Shown here one piece after another: positions 25,877-37,013 of a stretch of DNA of 64,000 nt (the first letter of the stretch is position 1; every line of letters begins with the position of its first letter). The DNA lies in contig NW_005434464.1 in assembly GCF_000315625.1 (NCBI RefSeq), positions 6,181 through 70,180 on the forward strand, read 5' to 3'. The notes below the pieces were generated by a model that did not search any database, had not been told where the DNA came from, and worked only from the letters and a program-made list of their open reading frames with translations. The stretch comes from Guillardia theta CCMP2712. Taxonomy: Eukaryota > Protista > Cryptophyta. Both the position numbers and the translations under genes were made by a program.

Positions 25877-27390
25877 ATGCGCGTGCGTGAGGTCCTGACA
25901 CTGTCGCTGTGCTGCTGGACTTGTCTTGATCTAGCTTCCTCCTTCTCCCCTGTCATGTCTGTGCAGCCAGACTTTCCCTCTCCTTCCTCGTCTCAGAAGG
26001 TCGTCATATGCGGAGCCGGTGTCGTCGGCTCCTCCGTCGCCTACTTTCTTTCCAAACGAGGTGTCCCTGCCGCCATTGTCGACCGAGCTGGGCATGCATC
26101 GACTTGATGTCTTGGCGAACTGACTTGCAAGCAGGGTTGCGCCGGCAGCAAGTGGCAAGGCCGGAGGCTTTCTTGCAAAGGATTGGAACGATGGGACTCC
26201 AATCGGTCCCCTTGCTTCTTTGAGCTTCAGCTTGCACGAAGAGCTTGCGCAGACGCTTGGGCTGGACAGCTACCGACGTCTCAGCTGCCATCAAGTGGCT
26301 GTGAGTGGACCATCTGGCTCAGAGCCCAAGAGAGTGGACGGCGTTGAATGGGTCGATATTGGAGTGCAGGGGCATGCAGTGATGGGGACGGAGAAGACCA
26401 TCGCGCAAGTTCACCCGAAGCAGCTGACAGAGGCTTTGATGAAGTCGGCTCTGGATCATGGGTGCTCGTTTCACGTTGGAGTTGTACAAGAGATCAAGAC
26501 GGAACTCCGCGGTGACTCGAAACATGTTGCAGGAGTCATTGTCGACTCTCAGTTTGTCCCTTGCGAGAAAGTTGTTATTGCGATGGGGCCCTGGAGCTCG
26601 CAGTGCACGCAGGGATTGAAGTTACCGCCTATGCTTGGCCAGAAATATCACAGCGTATTGATGCAGGTCCTTGAGCTCGACTCGTACAGCCGCCTGTTGA
26701 CTGCTTCCCACCAGAATGAACGAGAGCTTTCGCAAGCGATTTTTTTTCATGGTCTTGGTGACCCTGAAGTGTACCCGAGGCCCAAGGGGGAGGTGGGATG
26801 CTTTTGAATGGTCAGCTTGATGGGTCTAAAGTCTTCCCTCAAGGTCTATGTCACTGGGTTCCCAGATACTCCAGTGGCTGTCGAGGACCTTCCTGGGCAG
26901 GAAGTGGTACGCCCGGACGTTGTAAACAGACTGACAGAGACGATGAAACTTGTGCACAAATAGAACTGATGATTACTCAGGAGTTACATGCTTTCAGGTC
27001 TCGACCGAACTCGGCCGGGCTGAAGTGACGAGGTATCAAGCTTGCTATCTCCCGGTTACTTGGCTTGTCCGATCATGGTTGCATCTGATCTTGGCCTTGC
27101 GATCAGATATCAGTTGACGGTTTGCCACTGATCGGAAAGCTTGAAGAGGTGGAGGGAGTTTACATAGCAACAGGGCACGGGTGGGTGGTGCAAGTTTGTT
27201 GGGTGACTATGGGGTTGACATAGTGCACAGGTGCTGGGGGATCCTCAACGGCCCAGCTACAGGCCTTGTGATGAGCGAGCTGATCGTCGACGGCGTAGCC
27301 AAGTCCGTTGACATCAGCCCATTCGACCCCAACCGCTTCAAAGTCTTCGATGACATGCATAGAGTTGGTTCGTCGGCTGATAGCTGTTAA
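25877..27390 (+). CDS. FAD-dependent oxidoreductase, DAO/glycine-oxidase family, with N-terminal signal-like leader
   Basis: Rossmann motif VVICGAGVVG, ASGKAGGFLA, AQVHPKQLT, VVIAMGPWS, PEVYPRP, ATGHGCWGILNGPATG across several short introns. Confidence 0.85.
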
Positions 27391-27641
27391 GACCCTGTAC
27401 ACGTTCTAGAGGGCAACAAAGAGGTACCGCTGCCTTGTATCATGACAGATAGAATCAAATTGTGTTGAGAGTGAGCACTGCGCATTACCGCTGTGTAGGA
27501 TGTTCATTATCAATTTGTATGTTCATTTTCAGGATGATAACGATCATTTTCAGGACTAGAACCTTACTTCGTTCAGAAAAGATATTTTGGAATACCCCCT
27601 ATGCATATCTCCTTTGTCGCAATAAAAAGAGATCTCAATAA

Positions 27642-28235
27642 TCAAGCTAACACAGCTTTTCCTCCAGCATCCCCGATTTGTTTGATGAATTTTTCTCCAT
27701 CAGCCTTGGTGACCTTGGCCAAAAGAACTGAAGGAACCTTCTCGACCATGTCTTTGCTTTCCTTAAGCCCCAGTCCTGTGATGGCACGGATCTCCTTAAT
27801 CACCTTCAGCTTATCCGCAGCATTGAAAGATTCAAGTTTGAGCTCGAAATCAGTCTTTTCCTGCGCTGGAGCCGCTGCTGCTGCTGGGGCAGCTGCAGGT
27901 GCAGGTGCAGCTGCTGGAGCTGCACCCATTGGGTAGCCAGCGCCAGGCATACCCATGCCCATCATGCCATCTGGAACTCCAAGCTCCTTCTTCAAAATAT
28001 CCATGAGATCCTTGCTTTCAAGCATGTTGAGAGAGAGGATTTGCTTTGCCAAGTCCACAATCTGAAGGATACATTTAGACGAACCAAACTAGCAACAGAT
28101 AAATCACCTTCTGTGGAGGTTCCTTGTCGAGGGTAGCCATCAGATCGGGCATCTTCTTCTCAGAATCATCGAAAGAGGGCCTAGTACTGTGGATGGAGCG
28201 CCTGGTGGCAGAAGAAAAAGCAGCTCTGGTGCAAG
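27642..28235 (-). CDS. rplL: Organellar (probably mitochondrial) ribosomal protein L7/L12; 5' exon(s) not resolved
   Basis: LSLNMLE..DL, Ala-rich hinge, EKTDFELKLESF..KLKVIKEIRAITGLGLKESKDMVEKVP. Confidence 0.9.
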
Positions 28236-29897
28236 AAAGCGTCGTCAACAAGGAGACCACAAAGATTCCCCAAAAAACACCAACCTTCTTTCTACATGCG
28301 ACAAGCAGGCAGAAGCGCCGCGCAAGAGATGCCTTGCTCGTCCACCAAACATACTATTAATTTCCTGCGCAGGATATGTTAGAAGAGCCTTCACTGATTA
28401 AAGACAGCAGGTATTGGAAGTGTATGCAACGACAACGTTATAAAGATCAGTTCACACTCTATTACGAGATGATAGACATATCTTGCTTGCAAGCATCAAA
28501 CCGGGAGAGATTCTTTGGCTGAACGAAATAGTACTGTCTTAACTTTGTCGTCTACTATTTTCAGAAGACAAGAGAAAGTGAGCAAGCCAGAAGGGATCAC
28601 AATCAACAGAGTGAACCTCAGAAACCATATCAAAATAATCAAGATCCTAGCAGGGGTACTTCAGGGAGCATCAGCATGCTCACAATGATACTGTTTCAGG
28701 ACATGCGCACGAGAGTTGCGGATATTCAACTTGAGAAATCGAATAGTCAAGAAAGCAGTGGACAAGCACGGGAAACAGAGACAAGAAGAAAACTGAGCGT
28801 TATCTTCATGACGTCACTGGGGGCCATGCTCGCATAATCTAGGAGGAGAACGAGGAGAGTGGAAAAATCGTGCATGCCTGCAGCCGACGAGGACGCAGCG
28901 GCAGGCGCGTGAGGGCAACAGGTGAATGCCCTCGGCGGAAAACGTCATTGAATATATATTTTTCAATACTTGATGCAAATCTTTGGATAGTATTTGAAAT
29001 TTAAAAACAAATAAATAGAAAACTGCCAAATATATTCAGAGCCATAGATCTTGCGAACTTTGTGGATTTCGGGGTACCTCTCCCCTCGAACACTCTTCTG
29101 AAACAGTATTGAATATAGAGAAGGTATTATGTTAATCTATATATCATGGTACAGTTTCATGGGTGTCTTATCACCCCCGTAGAACGTAAGCCGACAACCC
29201 ACCCCACCTTTTTGAGCGCATGCTCACGTCACCCACCGGTACTAACATCAGGATATCGTGCAGGTCAGGTGGGTGGGTGCTCAACCCCTATCTTGTATAA
29301 CCCCGAATGGAAAAGGTATTTAGACCGGTACAGCATAGATCCAGATTCGTCCCATCTAATTTTCAAATTTGGTCATAATTTTTGAATGTCTCTCTATCAA
29401 ATTTACGGCTTGAGATCTGTTTTGAAAAATCCCCGTCATAACCGTCACCGTTACGGGAGAAGGGGCGCAAGAGTCATTGTAACGGTTGAAATAAAAACAT
29501 GTCTCAAACCTTCGAGCCTGCCTCGGGGCTTCCCCGAGTTCACTGAAGATCTGAGGCGAACCCGGAGGATCTTTCCACGACACCAATCGCCCCATGGCAG
29601 GAGGAGCCGCGCATTGCTTTGCAGATAGAGAGAATGAGAAGAGGGTGGAAGAAGGTAGGAGGGTGAAGCAATGATTTTATACAAAGATGAGGACAAGGAC
29701 AAGAGCATGATGAGGGAGAAGGTCACAGTACTATCAGTACCATCAAGGATAGGACATTCGAGTCTCCGTGCTACAAATGATGTAGAAAGATATGATCCCC
29801 ATGTTTTTTTCATCTACGATGCCTGCGATCGGAAGATATTTTTCTGCAAATTTTTTTACCTTTCATGTTTTCTGACTGGTATTGTTGCAGAGATAAG

Positions 29898-31907
29898 ATG
29901 AAGGAGGAGGGGAGGGAGGAGGGAGGTACAAAGGAGCTGGTCGTCAATGTCAGCTCCTGTCAATATCAAATTATCAGAACGTGTGCAGAGAAGATGGGTT
30001 GGCGACATATAGAAGATTCACTTTATACATCTGATGATCGCGCACATTATCAACTGTATTGGTCTGATCGATCTATAACGAGAACACGGATGAAAAAGCT
30101 TGCATGTGAACAAACAGCGAACCATTTCCCCGGCATGGTTTGTCTGACATCCAAAAGCCAACTCGCAGCAAACCTTGCAAAGATGCAGAGAGTTTGCCCT
30201 GAGGAATATGATTTCGTTCCGAGGACCTGGGTGCTCCCTGACGAGTACGCAGCCTTCCGACAAGATTTCAAGAAGATGAGAAGCCAAGAGAACGACGAGA
30301 TGATGTTCATCGTGAAACCAGAGAGAGGATGCCAGGGCAAGGACATCTTTCTGACCAAAACTGCGGACGAAGAAGCCATCGAAAGTGCTTTCTGGAACCT
30401 TGGAGACGCGCTCGTTGTGCAAGAGTACATTCAAGATCCTCTCCTCGCAGACGGCCACAAGTTCGACCTCCGACTGTACGTGCTGGTCACATGCTGTGAT
30501 CCCCTTAGAATCTACCTCTACAAGGATGGCCTTGTACGATTCTGTACTGAGCCGTATGAGATAGCGAACCAAGCGAACAAGGATTGGCACTACATGCATC
30601 TGACTAACTACTCTCTGAACAAGAACAACACCCTCCGATTCCTAGAGAGCAAAGACCCGCAGGACGCGAAGCAGGGATCGAAGCGAAGGCTCTCTATCTT
30701 CTTCGAGCATCTTAGGGAAGGCGGTCACGACGTTGATGCCTTATGGCTCCGGCTAGAGGAGCTCACAGTGAAGGCGCTGATAGCCGTTCAGCCACTTCTC
30801 GCTCACTTCCATCAGATGTGCAGACCCTCCGACAAGTTTGGGGACAGAAGCTTCGAGCTACTTGGCATGGACGTTCTGGTGGACAGAAACTTGAAGCCAT
30901 GGCTGCTCGAGTTTAACCACTCTCCCTCCTTTCACTGTGAGCACGTGGTAGACCAGCTCGTCAAGGAGCCGCTGGTCTCCGACACGTTTCGCATTCTCAA
31001 CGCAAAGCTGGAATATAGGAAGAGGATGAAAATGAGACGCGAGGATGTTTCGGATGAAGAGATGAGTGGAGATGACTACCAAATCCTTCATAAGATGCAG
31101 CGAGCGATGGGTGGACACGAGGAGTCGTCCGACTTGATTCGAGCGAGTGTGAAGGAGTTCGATATGGACCGCCCACGCTTCGAACCCCCTTTCACCGAGA
31201 GGTACATGTGGGTGGGCAGGAGCGAGGAAGAGACGAAGGACTGGCAGCAAGCGGAGGAGGAAAATGACCTGCGGAACAGCGGCAACTTTGTCAGATGCTT
31301 CCCTCCTGCCAGGGAAGGCAATGAGACGCTGGAACTCAAATTTGAGCAGCTGTCCAAGGTAGCGCATCAGTGCCACCAAAAGCTGCTGGCAAGAGAACAA
31401 GAGAATCTTTCCGACATCGACGAGAATGAGATGTTTCTGAGTGACTCTTCTGACTGCGATTCTGTTGCTGCCCTTCATCCCTTGCAAGAGGATGTAAAGG
31501 AGGACGACACCAGCGAAGGGAGGAACAGGAAGGAAGATGCTTCTGCAGACGCTCTACAGGGCTGGAAATTGTTCTTCATGAGGAACGTGTCCTTCTTCTT
31601 CACCATTGGGATTCCGTTCCCTCCTTTGATGATCCTTTTCTTTCTCGTGGTTAGAAATCTCAAGCTCGTGGACCAAGAAGCCGTCCTTTGGTGCGGAGTC
31701 AGCAAGGTGGTGCTCTGGTTTCAGATCCCGCTGGCAGCGCTCGTTCTATTCGCGTACTTGTACATGGAGTACCTAACGGCAGAGATCATGAGCGGAAAGA
31801 ACAGCATTCCCTTCGATGAGTACATCGAGAAGCTGCGCAGAGAGGAGGGGGCGAAAGCCCAACAGCCTCCTCCAACCTCCCATTACTGCGGGGGCAAATT
31901 TTCATGA
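29898..31907 (+). CDS. Tubulin-tyrosine ligase-like polyglutamylase (TTLL6/7/13-like), intronless, with hydrophobic C-terminus
   Basis: NHFPGM, FVPRTWVLP, IVKPERGCQGKDIFL, VVQEYI..P.L.DGHKFDLRLYVLVT, GLVRFCT, MHLTNYSLNK, FELLGMD...PWLLEFNHSPSF. Confidence 0.92.
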   Translation: MKEEGREEGGTKELVVNVSSCQYQIIRTCAEKMGWRHIEDSLYTSDDRAHYQLYWSDRSITRTRMKKLACEQTANHFPGMVCLTSKSQLAANLAKMQRVCPEEYDFVPRTWVLPDEYAAFRQDFKKMRSQENDEMMFIVKPERGCQGKDIFLTKTADEEAIESAFWNLGDALVVQEYIQDPLLADGHKFDLRLYVLVTCCDPLRIYLYKDGLVRFCTEPYEIANQANKDWHYMHLTNYSLNKNNTLRFLESKDPQDAKQGSKRRLSIFFEHLREGGHDVDALWLRLEELTVKALIAVQPLLAHFHQMCRPSDKFGDRSFELLGMDVLVDRNLKPWLLEFNHSPSFHCEHVVDQLVKEPLVSDTFRILNAKLEYRKRMKMRREDVSDEEMSGDDYQILHKMQRAMGGHEESSDLIRASVKEFDMDRPRFEPPFTERYMWVGRSEEETKDWQQAEEENDLRNSGNFVRCFPPAREGNETLELKFEQLSKVAHQCHQKLLAREQENLSDIDENEMFLSDSSDCDSVAALHPLQEDVKEDDTSEGRNRKEDASADALQGWKLFFMRNVSFFFTIGIPFPPLMILFFLVVRNLKLVDQEAVLWCGVSKVVLWFQIPLAALVLFAYLYMEYLTAEIMSGKNSIPFDEYIEKLRREEGAKAQQPPPTSHYCGGKFS

Positions 31908-31948
31908 TGTAAAGATTGTATAATCAGGAAGGACTTGAAATTGTACGG

Positions 31949-32020
31949 GTCTAGGAATGAGTATCGATGTACGAGTCTAGGAATGGGTATCTATATACGA
32001 GTCTAGGAATGGGTATCTAT
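31949..32020. repeat. 26-bp tandem repeat, about 2.8 copies
   Basis: GTCTAGGAATGRGTATCKATRTACGA units head to tail. Confidence 0.85.
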
Positions 32021-32800
32021 GTGGTCTGTTTGTGCTTCATCTGGCGAACCTGCGGGCGCTTGTGAGTACGATGGAAGAGGATGAGGGGGAGCAAGGAGGG
32101 GGGAGAGAGAACCTTGGCTTCGATGTCCCTCACGAGCTCGAACTTGGAGAATGAAACGAGCGCATTGATTGCCGCTCTTCTCACCTTTTCATCTGTCTCG
32201 TTTCCTGCGATGTCAGCTATGCAGATGGTGGTGCGAAGGTCATTCTCCTCAGCTATGGCTGCCAGTGCTTGAATACCCGCGATCCGCAGCTCGGGCGAGT
32301 GCTTGAAGCTCGGCTCAACAGGGCGCATGGATCGGTAGTGGAGGCCATGCACCTTCGGGTGAGGGTAGGAAGCGTCTCCTGGGTTCGTCGGATCCTTTCT
32401 GCAGTGTCCATTAAGTTGAGCGACGATTGCTTGGATGACAGTCCTGTCTCCCCTGCGAGCCACGTGGACGAGGAGGTCCAGAGCGGCAAGTCGGACGTGC
32501 AAGTCGCTGTCTTGCAGGTGGATAATCGCCTTCGACACCACCATTGGCTGCCCAATGGGCGCGCGTGCCTTGAGATCCTGCATGGCTCTCACCCGCCTAG
32601 CTGGTTCGGGATCTTCTGTGGTTGTAAGACCCTTGAGGAGGCTGCCTGAAATGTCTGGCCGGCCTTCACAGATTCCTTCAACTTCCCTTCTCATCCAGTC
32701 CTCTTGCCTTCTCGTCTCTTCATGTTTCCTCTCTCGCCCTTCCTGACTCTCTCCTCCTCTCCCCCCTCCCTCCTCTCCTCTCCCTCGACTTCTCCTGCTC
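32017..32800 (-). CDS. HEAT-repeat protein (ends uncertain)
   Basis: LQDSDLHVRLAALDLL, PELRIAGIQAL, DEKVRRAAINAL. Confidence 0.55.
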
Positions 32801-33379
32801 TCTCCAGCTACCCCTGCTCTAATCGCTGTCTTGTGCATCATGTCCGTTGAACTCCGTTTTCCCTTCTTTCTTTCTTTTTTTCTTTTACGCATTCTTTTTT
32901 TCCGAAAGGGCATCATGATCTCTCCGCCGCTCTTCGCGCTCTTCTCGGTAGGTCTGAGGGAGGGAGGAAGAGAGTATGCGAGGATGGCGCGAAAAATTCC
33001 TCCTCTCGCTCCTCTCGCTACAGTCATGCTCCTCCCACAACGACGCTCCTTCTCCTCCTTCCAACCCCAACACCTCGTTACTTCTTCACTGACTTTACTT
33101 CCTCCTCCTCACTTCCTTTCTTCTCTTGTCTATTCATCTCTGGTGTGCCCTCTCTTCTATATTTTCCCACTGGTGTCTGCACGTTTCTTATCACCATATC
33201 TCACCATATCTCATCCTACCATATGTTATGATCGTGTCTCACTCAATTACTCGCACGAGCACTTGTCAAGATCCTTTATCGTGTTTCATCACGATCAAGG
33301 GAGTGCTTCATCGTTCTTTTTGATTGTTTGCATGTCAATCCACTGCATTCAAAACCTCGTTGTGCTGACTGTCTCCCCA

Positions 33380-33720
33380 GTTCACTCAGCAGCGTGACGC
33401 CGTCTATCCCAATGTGCCGGGAGCTTACTACTGGACTGAGGTCTACTCTCTACCCCCTGCCCCTGCCCCTGCCCTTGCTCCCTTTCATCCTAGGGCTCAT
33501 CGTTCTCATCTTCCTGACCTTGGAGCTGCAGGACAACTTCTACAACGGTCCCATGAGAGGATGGGGCAGAGATACACAGCACGAGGCAGGCATCCCTATC
33601 GATGCAAAGGCCGTCCAGCCAAACTCTGTGTACAACGACTACGGCGTGCCAATGATTGGAGCCTTTGCTCCTGTCAACACCTACGTCTACGAGCCGAACT
33701 GGCACCCTGACGCTATCTGA
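33380..33720 (+). CDS. Small hypothetical protein (spliced; last exon DNFYNGPMRGW...NWHPDAI)
   Basis: Coding-like codon usage with GT..AG intron at about 33441-33530; no family recognised; start not located. Confidence 0.35.
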
Positions 33721-35186
33721 GGATTCTTGCTCCAGCAAGCAGAGGAATGAAGTTGCTACGTGTGAACACTCTTAGACACAAGGCGGCCTCGACTCGATGG
33801 TCTTTAACGACAAGCACCCAAACATGCTCCGCTGCCATGGCACTTAAAGATGCCTGCTCTCAATCCGATGCTTCACCACAGCCCGACCTTCACTATGCTC
33901 CATTGCCTTCCAACCATCCTTCACATGACCTAGCTTCATTGGCCACGAAGTGCATGAGCGATAACGTGGCAGAGAGCTCCAAACACAACATTTCTATTTA
34001 CATCTACACACACACATTCTCATTTCTGAGGACACCCATACAACGTGGACTGAGTGTACGAAGGTACTCCGAGCTGCAAGATGATGTTTTGAAGAGTCCT
34101 GAAAGAAAGTCAAACTTATGTCTCGTCCGTCGCACATCTTCCTCCTCTCAACCTCCTTCTCCTCTTCAGTCCTCTCCTGCCAAATACTTGCTCCCTCTGC
34201 CCTCTCCATCACTCACTGATAGTTGGAGCCACCGTCGCAGGTGCTCAGGATGAAGGGGCTGATGATGAAGGCTTTCAAAGTAGTCTCATTCTTGGAGGAG
34301 GAGAAGATGGCAAAGTTCAGCTTGTCTGTGTATTTGACCATCCTGCTTCCCGCTGGTCGGTGTTCACCCTGCACAAGCACGCATGGTAGTGTTCCAGCAG
34401 CGCTCGGGCCTAAGAGAGCAGCTGCGCTACAGGAGTAGAAAGAGGAGGAGAAAGATCCCTCGAGCAGGTCAGGCGGAGAGATGCTGACGAGAGAAAACCT
34501 TCCGTCGTATCCTCCACTGCTGGACGCATTGAACACACGTGTTTTGAGGGCGTTGAGGGTAACTGACGCTGCAATGGCTGTCTATCCATCACTATCACAA
34601 CCATCAAGTGAGATCGACTTACGAATCGTCCACTGCAAGGCACAGCAAGGCTGACCTGCCATGGTGATCATGAGCTGATATGAGACAGGAATGTCGCCTC
34701 CTACCGCAGCTTCCACAATCTTCTCTGCACGACATGTCTTGGTAGAAAGTTCCACAACCAGCAGTGCCAACTGCCCCTGCTCCACTGACGAGCATCAACA
34801 ACACTGCAGCTAGTTTATCCAATTTTTCAGTCGTCTTCATCTTCATCTTCATCTTCATCTTCATCTTCATCGTCATCTTCATCTTCTTTGCTCCCTCCCT
34901 CCCTTCGCACGTCCTTACACACAATTCCCGACAGCCATCGTCGTCAGGCCAACCCCACCCCCATGTATGTTCATTCAATTGAACACTACCCTCTCTTAGA
35001 TCACTACCCCAGAGGCACAAGACTACCCCTGACATTCAAGTTTGAACCCCCGTTCATAGGGTAATTGATCTTAGGGGAACCCCGTGTAATCAGTACCCTA
35101 CCCCGCATTTTCCATTTTCGTTGGCCACGTTCATTCCCACCCCCCTATCGGTCCTCACCTACCCCCATATCCAGCCTGACAACAGC

Positions 35187-36310
35187 ATGGCGTCCAAGGG
35201 AGGAGCGGCGGCGGCGGCGGCGGGTCCTCGGGTAGTGACTGGCATGATCCGGCTGACAGTCCCAGCGGGAAAGGCAACTCCTTCTCCTCCCATCGGTCCA
35301 GCTCTAGGTTCGTTCTCCTCCTCTATCTCCTCCTCCTCCCTCTTCCCCCATCCTCGTCTCCCCCATTTCTTTCCGCCCCTTGCTCTGTTTCCACATTCTC
35401 CTGCCTTCCAGGCTACTGTACTGCATCTCCCCTTTGCTCAGCTCTCTCATATTCTTGATGCCTGCCGATTGCATCACCTTGCACATCAGCCATTCACATC
35501 CTTTCCATCCCCATCCCCATCCTCGTGCCAGGCCCCCATCGCATTCCCCACCAGATCTTTCAACTGAACACTTTCTCTGCTGCTTCTCTCTCTCACCTTC
35601 CTCCTCTCTGACGCCATCTCCTTCTCCATTGTTATTCGGTTCATCTGCCCTCAAACTTAAAACGACATCCTCCTCTTCCTCAGGATCTACTGCTTCTGTC
35701 CTCCTACCTTTCTCTCTCCTTCTCCCTTCTTCCGTCTTCAACCTCCATTACCCTCCCTTGCTGTCTAGTGCGCTTGCTCAAACTCTCCTGCTGCTGCTCA
35801 CTGCGCTCTCTCCTCAATTCTCTGCTTACAACCTAAACATCCTCGTCCCGTCCGGTCTCTCCTCCATGAAACGATGCTTCCATCCCGCCTATCAGCTGCC
35901 GTGCATGTTCAAGTGTCTGCTCCTCTTGTCTTGCAGTCCTTCGCGACGTCACGTTGAGGTTGGCAGGTCAGAAGGGTCTCAACCTGATGGAGTTCTGCAA
36001 GTCTTTCAACGAGAAGACCAAAGGCATCATCGACAATACTCCCGTCCCCGTTGAGATCACTGCCTACAGCGACCGCACCTTCGAATACTTCATCAAGACC
36101 CCGCAAACTAGCTACTTCCTCAAGAAGGCTGCTGGTATAGCCAAGGGCGCCGACCAGGCCGGCCGCTCCTTCGTGGGCGAGATCTCGGTCAAGAAGATCT
36201 ATGAGATTGCCAAGATCAAGCAGCAAGACAAGCAGTTCATCTCCCTCGAGCACTGGTGCTCGCAGATCATGGCGAGTGCCAAGAGCATGGGTTTGAAGGT
36301 CGTGAGGTAA
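35187..36310 (+). CDS. rplK: Mitochondrial-type ribosomal protein L11; exons 35187-35307 and 35967-36310
   Basis: IRLTVPAGKATPSPPIGPALG|QKGLNLMEFCKSFNEKT...YSDRTFEYFIKTP...AKSMGLKVV; the splice keeps frame. Confidence 0.95.
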
Positions 36311-36399
36311 ATCACGGTAAACAGATTTCATGAGCAAAGACCCTTCTCTCCTCCTCCTCCTCCTCCTCCTCCTTCATTCATGCCCGAAGCTCAAGCTCT

Positions 36400-36979
36400 G
36401 AGCTAGTTGCACGATCTGCATTTTCAGCTGCAAACCACGTCAGAGGAACTTCAACCGAAGCAAGGCGGCACCTCCTGATTTCCCGTCTTTGCGGCAGCTC
36501 CAGCCAGATGCTTTCCGATCGTCTGCCGCTGCTCCGTCTGTGCGTTGGCTCCGAGCTCATAGATGAGGTCGACCATCACCTGCCCGCTCTCAGCTGCATC
36601 CTCCCACCCTCCTCCAACCTCCATTCTTGCTCCCCCTCCACCTCCCCTGGCCCATATTCTCTGCCTCCCACGCCCATCCTCTCCCCGCTCGGGAGACCAT
36701 ATCTCGTCCTCACCTCTGAGTCGGTGATCATCTGCGACGGGAGGGAGATGCTCTTGTCTTGAGTGGCTGCGAGGAAGAGCGCGTCCATCCCACCTGCCGG
36801 CGGGTCAGGAGGAGCGAGAGAACTTTCTGCCTGTACCAAGCAGTCGATCGATGAGGATCTTGCAGAGATTCGCCCACACAACGAGGCTCTGATTGGTCCC
36901 TGCGTTATCCTCCTTCACATACTCGTCGTGTCCTCGGCGTAATAGAGCTGGAAGCAATCATGAGTAGTGGCAGAGGCGA

Positions 36980-37013
<34 letters not shown>

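Noticed and set aside
31949-32020. Direct repeats resembling a CRISPR array
   Set aside because: Units are contiguous with no unique spacers, no cas genes, eukaryotic context.
35304-35966. Several 140-220 aa ORFs
   Set aside because: Lie in the pyrimidine-rich intron of the L11 gene.
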